Assembly (NCBI GenBank): GCA_944372585.1
Contig: CALVZQ010000005.1
Span: forward strand, 37,279-101,278
Direction of reading: 5' to 3'
DNA from: an uncultured Clostridia bacterium
GTDB lineage: Bacteria > Bacillota > Clostridia > Christensenellales > UBA1242
DNA: 64,000 bases
The notes below the pieces were generated by a model. It was given only the letters and a program-made list of their open reading frames with translations, did no database searches and had not been told where the DNA came from. The position numbers and the translations under genes were made by a program. This document shows positions 10,384 to 20,135 of this stretch, piece after piece. Each line of letters starts with the position of its first letter. Within the stretch, counting starts at the first letter, position 1.

Positions 10384-11148
10384 ATGCATTTTTATGTTAT
10401 CAAATCAAGAACATTGAAAATTTTTGTCGCTATGGTTTTGGTTGTTGTTTTATTGGCAATATCTTTCAATGGGACAACTTCAGCACAGGTTTATTTCGGA
10501 TATTCAACTCGAAAAGTTCCAATTTATAATGTTGAAACTGAGGAAAAACAAGTTGCAATTTCTTTTGATGCTGCCTGGGGTGCTGACAAGACTCAAGGAA
10601 TTATTGATATTCTTGAAGAATTTGATTGCACTGCAACATTCTTCCTTGTTGGTTTTTGGGTTGATGACTACACAGACATGGTTAAGGCAATTGATGATGC
10701 GGGTTTGGAAATTGGAACTCACTCCAACACACACCCTGACATGGTTAAACTTGACAAAGCCACTATGAAAAGTGAATTGGAAACATCAATCTCAAAAATT
10801 AAAGCTGTCACTGGCAAGGACGTTTCACTTTTCAGAGCACCATTTGGCTCGTACAACAATGACCTTTTGGACACTGCCGAAAGTTTGAATTTGAAAACAA
10901 TTCAATGGGACGTTGACAGCCTTGACTGGAAAGGTCTTTCTGCTTCAGAAATTGCAAACAGGGTTTTGGGCAGAGTGAAAAATGGTTCAATCATTTTGAT
11001 GCACAACAACTCTGACAATGTCTTAGATGGATTGAGATTGATTTTGAACAAACTTAAAATTCAGGGGTATAAAGTCACAAGTGTTTCGGAATTGATTTAT
11101 CAAGACGACTACACCATAGACAGAAATGGCGTTCAACACAAAAATTAA
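10384..11148 (+). CDS. Polysaccharide deacetylase (NodB homology domain, PdaB-like), membrane-anchored
   Basis: N-terminal TM segment. Motifs FDAAWG, FFLVGFWV, HSNTHPDM, FRAPFGSYN, WDVDSLDW, ILMHN. Confidence 0.85.
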   Translation: MHFYVIKSRTLKIFVAMVLVVVLLAISFNGTTSAQVYFGYSTRKVPIYNVETEEKQVAISFDAAWGADKTQGIIDILEEFDCTATFFLVGFWVDDYTDMVKAIDDAGLEIGTHSNTHPDMVKLDKATMKSELETSISKIKAVTGKDVSLFRAPFGSYNNDLLDTAESLNLKTIQWDVDSLDWKGLSASEIANRVLGRVKNGSIILMHNNSDNVLDGLRLILNKLKIQGYKVTSVSELIYQDDYTIDRNGVQHKN

Positions 11149-11158
11149 GGAGGGAATT

Positions 11159-11854
11159 ATGGATTACGATAGATTAAAAGAAGGAGCAACAAACTTTGCA
11201 CAAATTTCTGGTAGGATTTGTGAAGAACCAAAGAAAACACACCAGGTTGAAGGAGAATATTTTTACGAATTTAAAGTGGAAGTTGAAAGACTTTCAAAAA
11301 CTAAGGACATCATTCCAGTCACCATTTCAGAGAGAGCTATTGTTGGACAAAAATTGAATGTCGGTGATTTTGTTAAGGTCACTGGAGAATATCGAAGTTA
11401 CAACAAGTTGCAGGACGAAAGAAGCAGATTGATTTTGCATTTGTTTGCAAAAGATTTGAATATTTTGTCTCCAAAAGAACAACAAGAAAATCTTTATGTT
11501 AACGAAGTTAAATTGGTGGGGTATGTCTGCAAAGAACCTATCTATAGAAAAACACCTTTTGACAGAGAGATTTGTGATGTGCTTTTGGCAGTTAATCGTC
11601 CAAACTTTCATAAGTCAGATTATGTTCCATGCATTATGTGGGGACTTAATGCCAGATTTATGGCAAGTCAAGGCATAGGTTGCAAGGTTGAACTTGTTGG
11701 AAGAATTCAGTCTAGGGAGTATACAAAGACACTTCCAAACGACCAAATGGAAAAGAAAACTGCTTATGAAGTTTCTTGTCAAAGAATTTCCATCATTTCA
11801 AACGTTGCAAACATGCAACCACATAATCAAGAAAGACGTAAGGATATCATTTAG
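11159..11854 (+). CDS. SSB-like protein with two tandem OB folds
   Basis: ATG 5 nt after AAGGAGGG (the listed ORF starts further upstream and overlaps the previous gene). Two OB-like halves: ISGRICEEPK...VKVTGEYRSY and VKLVGYVCKEPIYR...VELVGRIQSREYT. Confidence 0.55.
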   Translation: MDYDRLKEGATNFAQISGRICEEPKKTHQVEGEYFYEFKVEVERLSKTKDIIPVTISERAIVGQKLNVGDFVKVTGEYRSYNKLQDERSRLILHLFAKDLNILSPKEQQENLYVNEVKLVGYVCKEPIYRKTPFDREICDVLLAVNRPNFHKSDYVPCIMWGLNARFMASQGIGCKVELVGRIQSREYTKTLPNDQMEKKTAYEVSCQRISIISNVANMQPHNQERRKDII

Positions 11855-11871
11855 GTAAAAAACAAATAAAA

Positions 11872-11901
11872 AAAAGAAGGGGTTATTTATCCTTCTTTTT
11901 T
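11872..11901. terminator. Bidirectional terminator between convergent genes
   Basis: AAAAGAAGG / CCTTCTTTT stem with A and T tracts on either side. Confidence 0.7.
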
Positions 11902-11915
11902 ATTGTTTTGTTTTT

Positions 11916-13418
11916 TTAAAAAATTGGATCATCGTATGTGTCAGGTTTTTCAATCCCGAGAAGTTTGAGCACAGTTGGTGCAATTGATGTCAAAGATTTT
12001 CCTTTTTTGAGTTTCGCATTTTTGTTCTTTTCACTCACCAAAATGACAGGCACTGGATTTGTTGTGTGTTTTGTCAATTTGTTTCCGTCTTTATCAATCA
12101 TTTCTTCAGCATTTCCATGGTCAGCAGTGATGATGCATTCTCCACCTGCCATCAAAGTTGCCAAAGCAACGGCATAGGCTTGTTTGTCAACACATTCAAT
12201 TGCCTCTTTCGCACTCTTAAAATTTCCAGTATGGCCAATCATATCTGGGTTGGAATAGTTGACCAAAACAAAGTCATATTTGTTGCTTGCAATAGCGTCC
12301 AAAACCTCTGTGGTGATTTCAATAGCACGCATTTTTGGATATGCTGAAAAATCAGAAACATTTATGCTGTCAATAAGTTTTCTGTCCTCGCCTTTGTAAG
12401 GCTCTTCAATTCCACCATTAAAGAAAAAGGTTACGTGTGCATATTTTGTTGTTTCGGCAATGTGAAATTGTGTTTTTCCATTCTTCGAAAGTACACACGC
12501 CAAGTTGTCCTCGACAACAATTGGGGGATACATTGTGTTTAGGTTTTTCAGTTTGCCCGAATATTCTGTCATGGCAGTGAAAAGGAAATTTTTAATCTTT
12601 TTTGTTTCAAATTCTGAAAAATTTTCATCAGTCATTGCAAATGCAATTTCCCTTGCTCTGTCAGAACGATAGTTAAAGAAGATGAAACTGTCATTGTCTT
12701 TTATTGTGGCATTTGGGTCTATGATTGTTGGCTCAAAATATTCATCATTAATACCGTTTGAATAACTTTCTTTGACCGCTGTTTCTGGAGAGTCAGCTTT
12801 TGTGCCAATGCCATTATAAAGCATGTCATATGCTCTTTTAACGCGGTCATATCTTTGTTCTCTGTCCATTGCAAAAACCCTTCCTATGATTGTGGCAATT
12901 TTTGCATTTGTGCCAGCGATTTTTTCGTCTGTTTGTTGAATGAATTTGATTCCGTCTTGAACACCAGTATCCCTTCCGTCCAAAATGGCATGAATATATA
13001 TGTTTTTGATTTCAAAATTTTTTGCCATGTCCAAAATTGCGAACAGGTGTTCTATGTTTGAGTGCACTCCGCCATTTGACAGAAGTCCCATAATATGCAA
13101 ATTGCTTTTGTTTTTCTCGGCATGAGTCAATGCTTTGATTAATGCGGGATTTTTGTAGAACTTTCCGTTTTCAATCTCACTGTCGATGAGTTTTAGGTCC
13201 TGCAAAATGACGCGTCCACTTCCAAGTGTCAAGTGTCCAACTTCGCTGTTTCCCATGACACCTTTTGGAAGTCCGACATATTCTCCGCTTGCTTGAATGA
13301 GGGTGTGAGGATAAATTTTTTTCAGCTTGTCAAGATATGGTGTTCCTTGACTTTTTATTGCATTTCCAAACTTTTGTCTTTTTTCTCCAAAACCATCTAA
13401 TATAACTAATGTGACCAT
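11916..13418 (-). CDS. gpmI: 2,3-bisphosphoglycerate-independent phosphoglycerate mutase
   Basis: Full-length 500-aa match to the iPGM pattern: ILDGFG, GNSEVGHLTLGSGR, HIMGLLSNGGVHS, ILDGRDT, ITADHGNAE. Confidence 0.9.
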   Translation of the reverse strand: MVTLVILDGFGEKRQKFGNAIKSQGTPYLDKLKKIYPHTLIQASGEYVGLPKGVMGNSEVGHLTLGSGRVILQDLKLIDSEIENGKFYKNPALIKALTHAEKNKSNLHIMGLLSNGGVHSNIEHLFAILDMAKNFEIKNIYIHAILDGRDTGVQDGIKFIQQTDEKIAGTNAKIATIIGRVFAMDREQRYDRVKRAYDMLYNGIGTKADSPETAVKESYSNGINDEYFEPTIIDPNATIKDNDSFIFFNYRSDRAREIAFAMTDENFSEFETKKIKNFLFTAMTEYSGKLKNLNTMYPPIVVEDNLACVLSKNGKTQFHIAETTKYAHVTFFFNGGIEEPYKGEDRKLIDSINVSDFSAYPKMRAIEITTEVLDAIASNKYDFVLVNYSNPDMIGHTGNFKSAKEAIECVDKQAYAVALATLMAGGECIITADHGNAEEMIDKDGNKLTKHTTNPVPVILVSEKNKNAKLKKGKSLTSIAPTVLKLLGIEKPDTYDDPIF

Positions 13419-13486
13419 AACTTTTTCAAATTCTCCTTACATTAAAGGATACTATTTTTGCCTTTTAAAGTCAAACAATTTGTCGG

Positions 13487-13954
13487 TTAAAACTTGTCCT
13501 CAAAGTGTTCATCAAAAAGATTGTCTTGGTCAGGGTGATGTGTTTCGGTGCCATATCTAAGCTCGTTGTCATTTTCAAATTCTTGTGCTTCATATTCTCT
13601 TGAGTTTCTGTAATTTTCTGTGTCAGATCTGTTGTTGCCGGCATATTTATTACTGTTGATCTGTTCTTCTCCAGCTTCGACATTTTGATAGGCGGGTGTG
13701 TTTATTTTTTCTTGTTTTTTCATTTCTTCACTCCTTTTTTTCTTTTTTTCATAAACTTTGAATGTCCCTTTGTTTATGATTGTTCTAAGAGTGAGATAAA
13801 CAGCTCCAATGCCAAACAAGATGTAAATCATTCTGGAAAAGATGCTTGCTTGATAACCAAAAAGACCAGCAATGAAATCATATTGCAAAAGCCCAATCAA
13901 AAGCCAGTTTATGCAGCCCAAAATGGTCAGCAAAAATGCAATGAAGGTTAACAT
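13487..13954 (-). CDS. DUF378-family small membrane protein with a charged C-terminal extension
   Basis: N-terminal ILGCINWLLIGLLQYDFIAGLFG and a second TM segment are typical of DUF378. The ~90-aa K/E/N-rich tail is not. Confidence 0.6.
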   Translation of the reverse strand: MLTFIAFLLTILGCINWLLIGLLQYDFIAGLFGYQASIFSRMIYILFGIGAVYLTLRTIINKGTFKVYEKKKKRSEEMKKQEKINTPAYQNVEAGEEQINSNKYAGNNRSDTENYRNSREYEAQEFENDNELRYGTETHHPDQDNLFDEHFEDKF

Positions 13955-14094
13955 ATCTCACTCCTTTGTCTTATTATTTGACAAAAAAACAAAAAAACTC
14001 AAGAAACCCAAATTTTTAAGAAAAAAATTGTGTGTTTTCATATGTATAAAAACTTTTCATTTTGAATATATTATTAAGAAAATTGAAAAATTAG

Positions 14095-14123
14095 TTGACT
14101 TTTAGACATTTTTTACTTATAAT
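14095..14123 (+). promoter_or_regulatory. Sigma-A promoter upstream of greA (TTGACT-17 nt-TATAAT)
   Basis: Exact spacing and near-consensus hexamers, ~145 nt upstream of the greA ATG. Confidence 0.65.
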
Positions 14124-14266
14124 ATTGTGGTCGAAAGTCAAGAGATTAAGTTTCAATTAATGGACCTATTGGGTCGATTTTTTTAATTTGCTTTTTTCCA
14201 ACAATCATTTTTGTTGGTTAAATGTAAGGAAAATGATGATTATTTGCTTTAAAAGGAGACAAAATT

Positions 14267-14737
14267 ATGGAAAAACATTATTTAACACCTGAAGGAAAAG
14301 CACAACTTGAAGAAAAGTTGAATTATTATAAAACAGTAAAAAGACCAGAGGTTGTAAAGCGTATTGGGATCGCAAGAGAATTTGGTGACCTTTCTGAAAA
14401 TTCTGAATATGATGCAGCAAAAGACGAACAAGCTCAAATTGAAGCAGAAATTGCAGAAATGGAAAGCATTTTGCTCAATGCTGAAGTTATTGATAAAAAG
14501 AAAATCAATAATGATGTTGTCAATGTTGGTTGCAAAGTCAAACTTTACGACATGGATTTCGATGAAGATGTTGAATACAGAATCACAGGTTCTTCTGAGA
14601 GTGACCCTAGAAATGGAGTTATCAGCAATGTTTCTCCAGTTGGAAAGGCTCTTATTGGGCACAAAAAAGGAGAGACTGTTGTTGTTAAAACGCCTGGTGG
14701 GGACACAAGTTATAAAATTGTTTCTATTGAAATTTAA
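14267..14737 (+). CDS. greA: Transcription elongation factor GreA
   Basis: AAGGAG RBS. LTPEGKAQLEEKL...REFGDLSENSEYDAAKDEQ coiled-coil domain plus a C-terminal FKBP-like domain. Confidence 0.9.
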   Translation: MEKHYLTPEGKAQLEEKLNYYKTVKRPEVVKRIGIAREFGDLSENSEYDAAKDEQAQIEAEIAEMESILLNAEVIDKKKINNDVVNVGCKVKLYDMDFDEDVEYRITGSSESDPRNGVISNVSPVGKALIGHKKGETVVVKTPGGDTSYKIVSIEI

Positions 14738-14887
14738 TCATGTTCAAACCAAAAAATCTGTATAATTATTTGATAATAATGCTAAAGTTATCAAAAATCA
14801 TTTTGCATTTTTAATGATTTTTTGTTATACTATCATCGTGAAATAAAAAAAATTGTTTGCCAGTTGCTTGTCTTAGAAGGATTTTTT

Positions 14888-15811
14888 ATGATGTTTGTTA
14901 ATTCAATAAAACTTTTTGGTTCAAATTGGATCAAGGTTCTCAAATTTCTTTTGTATTATATTGTGATTTGGGGGCTTTGTTTTGCTTTATTTTTGCCGGT
15001 TTTTTTTGAATTTAGAGATTTGGTTTTTTCAAATTTTCAATCTGCAGACATGTTCAGTTCCTTCTCTGGTGTTTTTCAAGGGGCATTGGGGACAAATTTA
15101 CACAACATCATACAAACATCATATTCAACCTTGATTGAGGTTTTTAGTGCAAATACTGGGCTTGCAGTTTATGGACTTATCATTGTGTTCATTTTCTTAC
15201 CATTTTTTATCAATGTTGGGAAATACACATTGAATGAAATGTTGTACTCTTATATGACGAGCAAGGCAAAGGTGGGATTTTTTAGTGCTTTGGTAAAGAG
15301 CCTTAAAAAATCTGTTCCTTTCGCACTTTGCAAAACACTTTACAACATTTTGTTCTTTGCAATCACGCTTGCAATTGTCTATGGAATTGGACTTGTGGGA
15401 AATGCTTTCTTCATTTCTTATTTCTTACCACTCGTCGTTTTTGTTGTCTTGGTCTTGTTGTTTACAACAAATCAAATCACCGTGCTTGGTTGGGCGCCAG
15501 CATCAATTGTTTTTGATTGCAATGTCTTTTCTGCATACAGAAAAGGTGTTAAGGCTGTCAGAAGACACTTTTGGTCAATTTTTGGAACAACAATAATCTA
15601 TTTCTTCTTGTTCTGGGCTTTGGCAATTATTTTTGGTGTTTATTCTTTGATTGTTCTTGTTCCAATCATTTCAGCTGTGCTTTGTGTTTACAACATGGTT
15701 GTGTTTTTCTCAAGTCAAGGCATGAGATTCTATGTCAACGAAAACAAAATCTTGACACCTAAAAAACTTGAAGAAGTTGACAACATAAACAAAACTGCTT
15801 ACATTTTGTAA
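14888..15811 (+). CDS. Polytopic membrane protein, function unknown
   Basis: ATG after GAAGGA. About 6-7 hydrophobic segments and no recognisable motif. Confidence 0.5.
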   Translation: MMFVNSIKLFGSNWIKVLKFLLYYIVIWGLCFALFLPVFFEFRDLVFSNFQSADMFSSFSGVFQGALGTNLHNIIQTSYSTLIEVFSANTGLAVYGLIIVFIFLPFFINVGKYTLNEMLYSYMTSKAKVGFFSALVKSLKKSVPFALCKTLYNILFFAITLAIVYGIGLVGNAFFISYFLPLVVFVVLVLLFTTNQITVLGWAPASIVFDCNVFSAYRKGVKAVRRHFWSIFGTTIIYFFLFWALAIIFGVYSLIVLVPIISAVLCVYNMVVFFSSQGMRFYVNENKILTPKKLEEVDNINKTAYIL

Positions 15812-15973
15812 TTTTCAAACCAAGTTGGTTTGTTGCATAAAACAAAAGATAATGACTTGATGAAATTTGTTGAAATTTCATTTGGTTTCAAATCGAAAAC
15901 AAATAATTTTGTTTGACTTATTTTATCATTGATAACGCTTTTCGCGTTTTTAGAAATATTAAAAGGAGAAAAA

Positions 15974-17629
15974 ATGAATAACAAATTGAAAATCACCTTC
16001 CTGGGCGGTGTGGGTGAAATTGGAAAAAATATGACCGCTTTTGAATATAACAATGAAATTATTGTTGTTGATGCTGGAATGACTTTTCCTGGAGATGATT
16101 TGCCAGGAATTGATGTTGTCATTCCTGATATCACTTATCTTGTCAACAACAAGGAAAAAATCAAAGCCATCATTTTGACACATGGACACGAGGACCACAT
16201 TGGCGCGTTGCCATTTGTTTTGGCAGAAATTAAGGCGCCAATTTATGGAACAAGACTTACACTTGCTCTTGTTGAAAACAAGATGAAAGAACACCCAAAA
16301 GTAAATTACAAAGCCATCACTGTCAAACCAAGAAATGTGCTTAAGATTGGGTCTTTCTCAGTTGAATTTATCAAGGTTTCTCACTCTATCGCAGGTTCTC
16401 TTGCTTTGTGCATCACAACACCTGCTGGCAATGTTATTCACACCGGGGACTTCAAAATTGATTTTGAACCTATTGATGGCGTCATGACGGACCTTCAAAG
16501 GTTTGGGGAACTTGGCAAGAAAGGCGTCAACTTGTTGATGTGTGAAAGCACCAATGTGTGCAGACCGGGGTATTCCATGAGTGAAAAAAGTGTTGGCAGA
16601 ACACTTGAAGAAATCTTCAAAACTCACACAGAAAACAGAATTTTTGTTGCAACTTTTGCTTCAAACATTCACAGACTTCAACAGATTTTGCAATTGGCAG
16701 AAAAGTATGGCAGAAAAGTTGCATTCACTGGAAGAAGCATGATCAACATTATTGATGTCGGAATGAAGATTGGAGAGATCAATTTTAACAGAAACATTTT
16801 GATTGACATCGACAAAATTGACAAATGTGCAGACAAAGAACTGTTGATTGTCACAACTGGAAGTCAGGGGGAACCTCTTTCTGCTTTGACAAGAATGGCC
16901 GCTGGAGACTTCAAACAAATCAAAATTGGCGAAAATGATTTGATTGTCTTCTCGTCTTCTCCAATTCCTGGAAACGAAAAGAGTGTTTATAATGTCATCA
17001 ACTCTCTTTTTCAAAAGGGTGCTGATGTCATTTATGACGAACTTGAACAGGTGCATGCATCAGGGCATGCTTGTCAAGAAGAAATCAAGACAATCCATGC
17101 TCTTGTCAAACCAAAATTTTTCATTCCAATTCACGGTGAGTATAGACACCTTAAGATGCACAAACAAATTGCAATGCAACTTGGAATGGAAGAAAGAAAT
17201 ATAATTCTTCCGTCACTTGGTGCACAAATTGAAATGACACCAAATTCAATCAAAAAGGTTGGTTTCACAACTGCTGGACAACGACTTATTGACGGATATG
17301 GAATTGGAGATATGGACAGCAATGTTTTGCGTGAAAGAAAGCAACTTTCGGAAGATGGAATTTGTGTTGTTGTTATGACCATTAACAACGTTTCTGGAGA
17401 TGTTGTTGGTGACCCATTCATCATCACACGTGGGGTTGTTTATCAAGATGAAGCAGAAGCTTTTGTTCAGGACACAAAGACAATGATTGTTGCTTCTTTG
17501 AAAGAACAAGATTTGCGTGGTTGTGATCCTGCAGTCATCAAAAACACAATCAGAAGAAACCTTTCAAACTTCATTTTCAAGAGAACGAAGCGTAGACCTA
17601 TGATTTTGACAATCGTTTTGCTTGATTAA
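15974..17629 (+). CDS. rnj: Ribonuclease J
   Basis: ATG after AAAGGAG. Metallo-beta-lactamase/beta-CASP motifs HGHEDHIGALP, GDFKID, ASGHA, IPIHGEYRH. Confidence 0.9.
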   Translation: MNNKLKITFLGGVGEIGKNMTAFEYNNEIIVVDAGMTFPGDDLPGIDVVIPDITYLVNNKEKIKAIILTHGHEDHIGALPFVLAEIKAPIYGTRLTLALVENKMKEHPKVNYKAITVKPRNVLKIGSFSVEFIKVSHSIAGSLALCITTPAGNVIHTGDFKIDFEPIDGVMTDLQRFGELGKKGVNLLMCESTNVCRPGYSMSEKSVGRTLEEIFKTHTENRIFVATFASNIHRLQQILQLAEKYGRKVAFTGRSMINIIDVGMKIGEINFNRNILIDIDKIDKCADKELLIVTTGSQGEPLSALTRMAAGDFKQIKIGENDLIVFSSSPIPGNEKSVYNVINSLFQKGADVIYDELEQVHASGHACQEEIKTIHALVKPKFFIPIHGEYRHLKMHKQIAMQLGMEERNIILPSLGAQIEMTPNSIKKVGFTTAGQRLIDGYGIGDMDSNVLRERKQLSEDGICVVVMTINNVSGDVVGDPFIITRGVVYQDEAEAFVQDTKTMIVASLKEQDLRGCDPAVIKNTIRRNLSNFIFKRTKRRPMILTIVLLD

Positions 17630-17640
17630 TAGGTTGAAAA

Positions 17641-18225
17641 ATGAAAGATAAGACAGAATTTTTGGGTTATGAGGAGCATGAATACAATCCAATAATAAGA
17701 AAAAAAACATTGGAGCTTTTGAAAGAATTGCTGATTAAACACAATCCAAAATATATCTTGGAAATTGGGACGTTCATAGGTTACTCAACAGCAGTCATGT
17801 TGAAAACTTGCCAAGATGCCTTTGTTACGACAGTTGAAAAAGACGAGAAAAACTTTGCTTTTGCTGTCCAAAATTTGACGGATTTGGGATTTGACGGACG
17901 TTTTCAAGTTGTCAATAAAGATGCCTTTGAGTTTTTGCAAAAAACAAACAAAACCTATGATTTCATTTTTCTTGACGGACCAAAGGGACAGTATATCAAA
18001 TATCTCCCAATCATAAAAAAACTTTTGAGGAAGGGTGGATTTTTGGTTGCTGATGATGTGTTGTTTTATGGCATGGTTAATTCTTCTGACACAATAAAGC
18101 ACAAGCATAGATCAATTGTGAATAATTTGAGAAAATTTCTTGACGCGCTCAAAAATGATGATGATTTCAAAACTGTTGTCTATGAATTTGAGGACGGTGT
18201 TAGCGTCAGTGAAAAAATAAAATGA
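17641..18225 (+). CDS. Class I SAM-dependent O-methyltransferase (family 3, YrrM/TrmR-like)
   Basis: ILEIGTFIGYST SAM motif, FDFIFLDGPKGQY, GGFLVADDVLFYG. Confidence 0.7.
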   Translation: MKDKTEFLGYEEHEYNPIIRKKTLELLKELLIKHNPKYILEIGTFIGYSTAVMLKTCQDAFVTTVEKDEKNFAFAVQNLTDLGFDGRFQVVNKDAFEFLQKTNKTYDFIFLDGPKGQYIKYLPIIKKLLRKGGFLVADDVLFYGMVNSSDTIKHKHRSIVNNLRKFLDALKNDDDFKTVVYEFEDGVSVSEKIK

Positions 18226-18252
18226 ATTGCATCTTTTGAGATGCAATTTTTT
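18226..18252 (+). terminator. Rho-independent terminator
   Basis: ATTGCATCT-TTTG-AGATGCAAT followed by TTTTT. Confidence 0.8.
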
Positions 18253-18408
18253 ATAGTAATGGAAGATTGTCTGTGGATTTATCACAATCAAAACTTATAT
18301 TTATCAAATGGAAAGGGCAAGTTTAGTCTTGCTGGAGTGGTGCCACCAATTCTATATACTTTTCAAAATCAATTTCATGTCTATATTTTTGTTTGTTATA
18401 TGTTTTAT

Positions 18409-18437
18409 TTGTTTTTTTTTGTTTATTTTGGTAGAAT
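18409..18437 (+). promoter_or_regulatory. Extended -10 promoter (TTGTTT-17 nt-TGgTAGAAT) placed 6 nt from the PAP2 gene ATG
   Basis: TAGAAT at 18432-18437 preceded by TG at 18429-18430. The ATG at 18444 has no Shine-Dalgarno sequence. Confidence 0.5.
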
Positions 18438-18443
18438 AATACC

Positions 18444-19016
18444 ATGGATTTTGAAATTAAGATAATTGAATTTTTGCAGTCAGGAAGGAGTCCTTTTTTC
18501 GATGTGTCATTTCAACTTATTTCGGCAATCGGCAGCACAATGGGTGTCGTTGCTGTCTGTCTTTTGTTTTTGTTGTTCAAAAGAAAACTTTGTTTTTGGT
18601 ATCTTTTTTCATATGGGTTTGTATATTTGACAGTCAGCATAATGAAAGATAGTATTCAAAGAATGAGACCTTTCAATGTGACGGACACAATTGAGAACAT
18701 TGGTGATGTTGTGACAGAGTTCAGTTTTCCCAGCGGACATGCTGCTTGTGCAACAGCGATTGCCATTTTTGTCGGATACTTTTTGTTCCAATATTTCAAA
18801 AGCAAAGGGACAAGAGTTGGAATTGTGTTGTCATGTTGTTTGTATGTCGGACTTGTTTGTTTGTCGAGAATGTATCTGGGAAAGCATTTTTTGACCGATG
18901 TAATTGCAGGGGTTGTTGTTTCGGCTGTGATTTGTGTGCTTGGATTGACTTTGATGCATTTTGTTAACAAGAAAAAGAAGGTGAAAACAAATGAAATTAC
19001 AAATGGAACTAACTAA
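18444..19016 (+). CDS. PAP2-family membrane phosphatase (undecaprenyl-diphosphatase/PgpB-like)
   Basis: KDSIQRMRP, PSGHAA and SRMYLGKHFLTDV match the KX6RP / PSGH / SRX5HX3D acid phosphatase motif. Several TM segments. Confidence 0.8.
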   Translation: MDFEIKIIEFLQSGRSPFFDVSFQLISAIGSTMGVVAVCLLFLLFKRKLCFWYLFSYGFVYLTVSIMKDSIQRMRPFNVTDTIENIGDVVTEFSFPSGHAACATAIAIFVGYFLFQYFKSKGTRVGIVLSCCLYVGLVCLSRMYLGKHFLTDVIAGVVVSAVICVLGLTLMHFVNKKKKVKTNEITNGTN

Positions 19017-19434
19017 TTTAAATCAAACCAAAGAACTTGCAGTGGCTTTTGGAAAGGTTTTGAAGCCACCAATGGTGATTTTGCTCAAAGGAGATTTGGG
19101 CAGTGGAAAAACCACATTCGTAAAAGAAGTGGCTTCGGCTTTGGGTTGCAACGATTTGGTGACAAGTCCAACGTTTACACTTTTAAACACATACACAGCA
19201 AAGTTTCCAATTTATCATTTTGACATGTACAGATTAGGTTCGGCAGAAGAGGCTTTGAATGTTGGGTTTGAGGAATATTTTGACAAAGACAGACTGGACG
19301 GAATTTGTTTTGTTGAATGGCCAGAAAATGTTGATGGATTGATCAAAGATGTTGACTATGTCATTGAAATTGAAAAAAAATCTGAAAATCGAAGGAGTGT
19401 GACAATTAAGGAGGGAAAACATGCTGGCAATTAA
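18991..19434 (+). CDS. tsaE: tRNA t6A37 biosynthesis ATPase TsaE
   Basis: GDLGSGKTTFVK P-loop, SPTFTL, HFDMYRL. The exact start is uncertain (the alternative ATG at 19003 also fits). Confidence 0.8.
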   Translation: MKLQMELTNLNQTKELAVAFGKVLKPPMVILLKGDLGSGKTTFVKEVASALGCNDLVTSPTFTLLNTYTAKFPIYHFDMYRLGSAEEALNVGFEEYFDKDRLDGICFVEWPENVDGLIKDVDYVIEIEKKSENRRSVTIKEGKHAGN

Positions 19435-20068
19435 TACGGCATTCATGACGGCGAACTTGGCGCTTAAGACATCAAATGGCAAAACAACTTATAGAGAACT
19501 TGATGCGCACAGCAAACATTCAGAGAATGTGCTCAAAACCATCGATGAAATGTGTCAGGCATGTGAAATTGATGTTTTAGATGTGAAAACTGTCGCTGTG
19601 GTTGTTGGACCAGGTTCATTTACGGGACTTAGAATCGGAACAGCCATTGCAAAAGCGCTTGGCTGTGTAAACAAAAAATTGAAGTTCATTGGTTTGTCAT
19701 CTTTGGAGCTTATGGCAAATATTGTGACAGAAAACAAACTATGCACAGAAAATTTTGCTTGTGTTTTGAATGCACTATCAGATTTGTATTTTGTTGCATA
19801 TTTTGATAAAACAGGAATAAAATTACAAGAAGAGAGAATGATAGATAGGCGAGAATATCTAAGCATCACCCAACCAATTTTTGGACTCAAAGGTGATTTG
19901 AAAGATGAAAACATAAATCAAATTGAGATAACAAGTGAAGATTTGCTTACATTCTCTGAGAAGCAAGAAAACCTTGAAAATTTTGTCTCTTTAGATGAAT
20001 TGTTGCCTGTGTATTTAAGGCTCTCTCAGGCGGAAGATAATTTGCTTAAAAAAAGTAAAAAAGATTAA
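19421..20068 (+). CDS. tsaB: tRNA t6A37 biosynthesis protein TsaB
   Basis: VGPGSFTGLRIG motif. Overlaps the end of tsaE, the usual operon arrangement. Confidence 0.75.
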   Translation: MLAINTAFMTANLALKTSNGKTTYRELDAHSKHSENVLKTIDEMCQACEIDVLDVKTVAVVVGPGSFTGLRIGTAIAKALGCVNKKLKFIGLSSLELMANIVTENKLCTENFACVLNALSDLYFVAYFDKTGIKLQEERMIDRREYLSITQPIFGLKGDLKDENINQIEITSEDLLTFSEKQENLENFVSLDELLPVYLRLSQAEDNLLKKSKKD

Positions 20069-20135
20069 TCAAATTAGTTGACAAACATTCATATTGCATG
20101 TAGAATACATACCGATAAACAAGAAAGGAGATTTT

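Noticed and set aside
14161-14184. Possible attenuator or GraL-like terminator in the greA leader (GGACC-TATTG-GGTC followed by T7)
   Set aside because: The stem is only 4 bp with no GC clamp, so it is too weak to call by eye. The T7 run alone is unremarkable in AT-rich DNA.
18241-18465. Listed 74-aa ORF between the methyltransferase and PAP2 genes
   Set aside because: It has no RBS, starts inside the upstream terminator, and has a low-complexity F/Y/L-rich product. The region is better explained as the PAP2 promoter.
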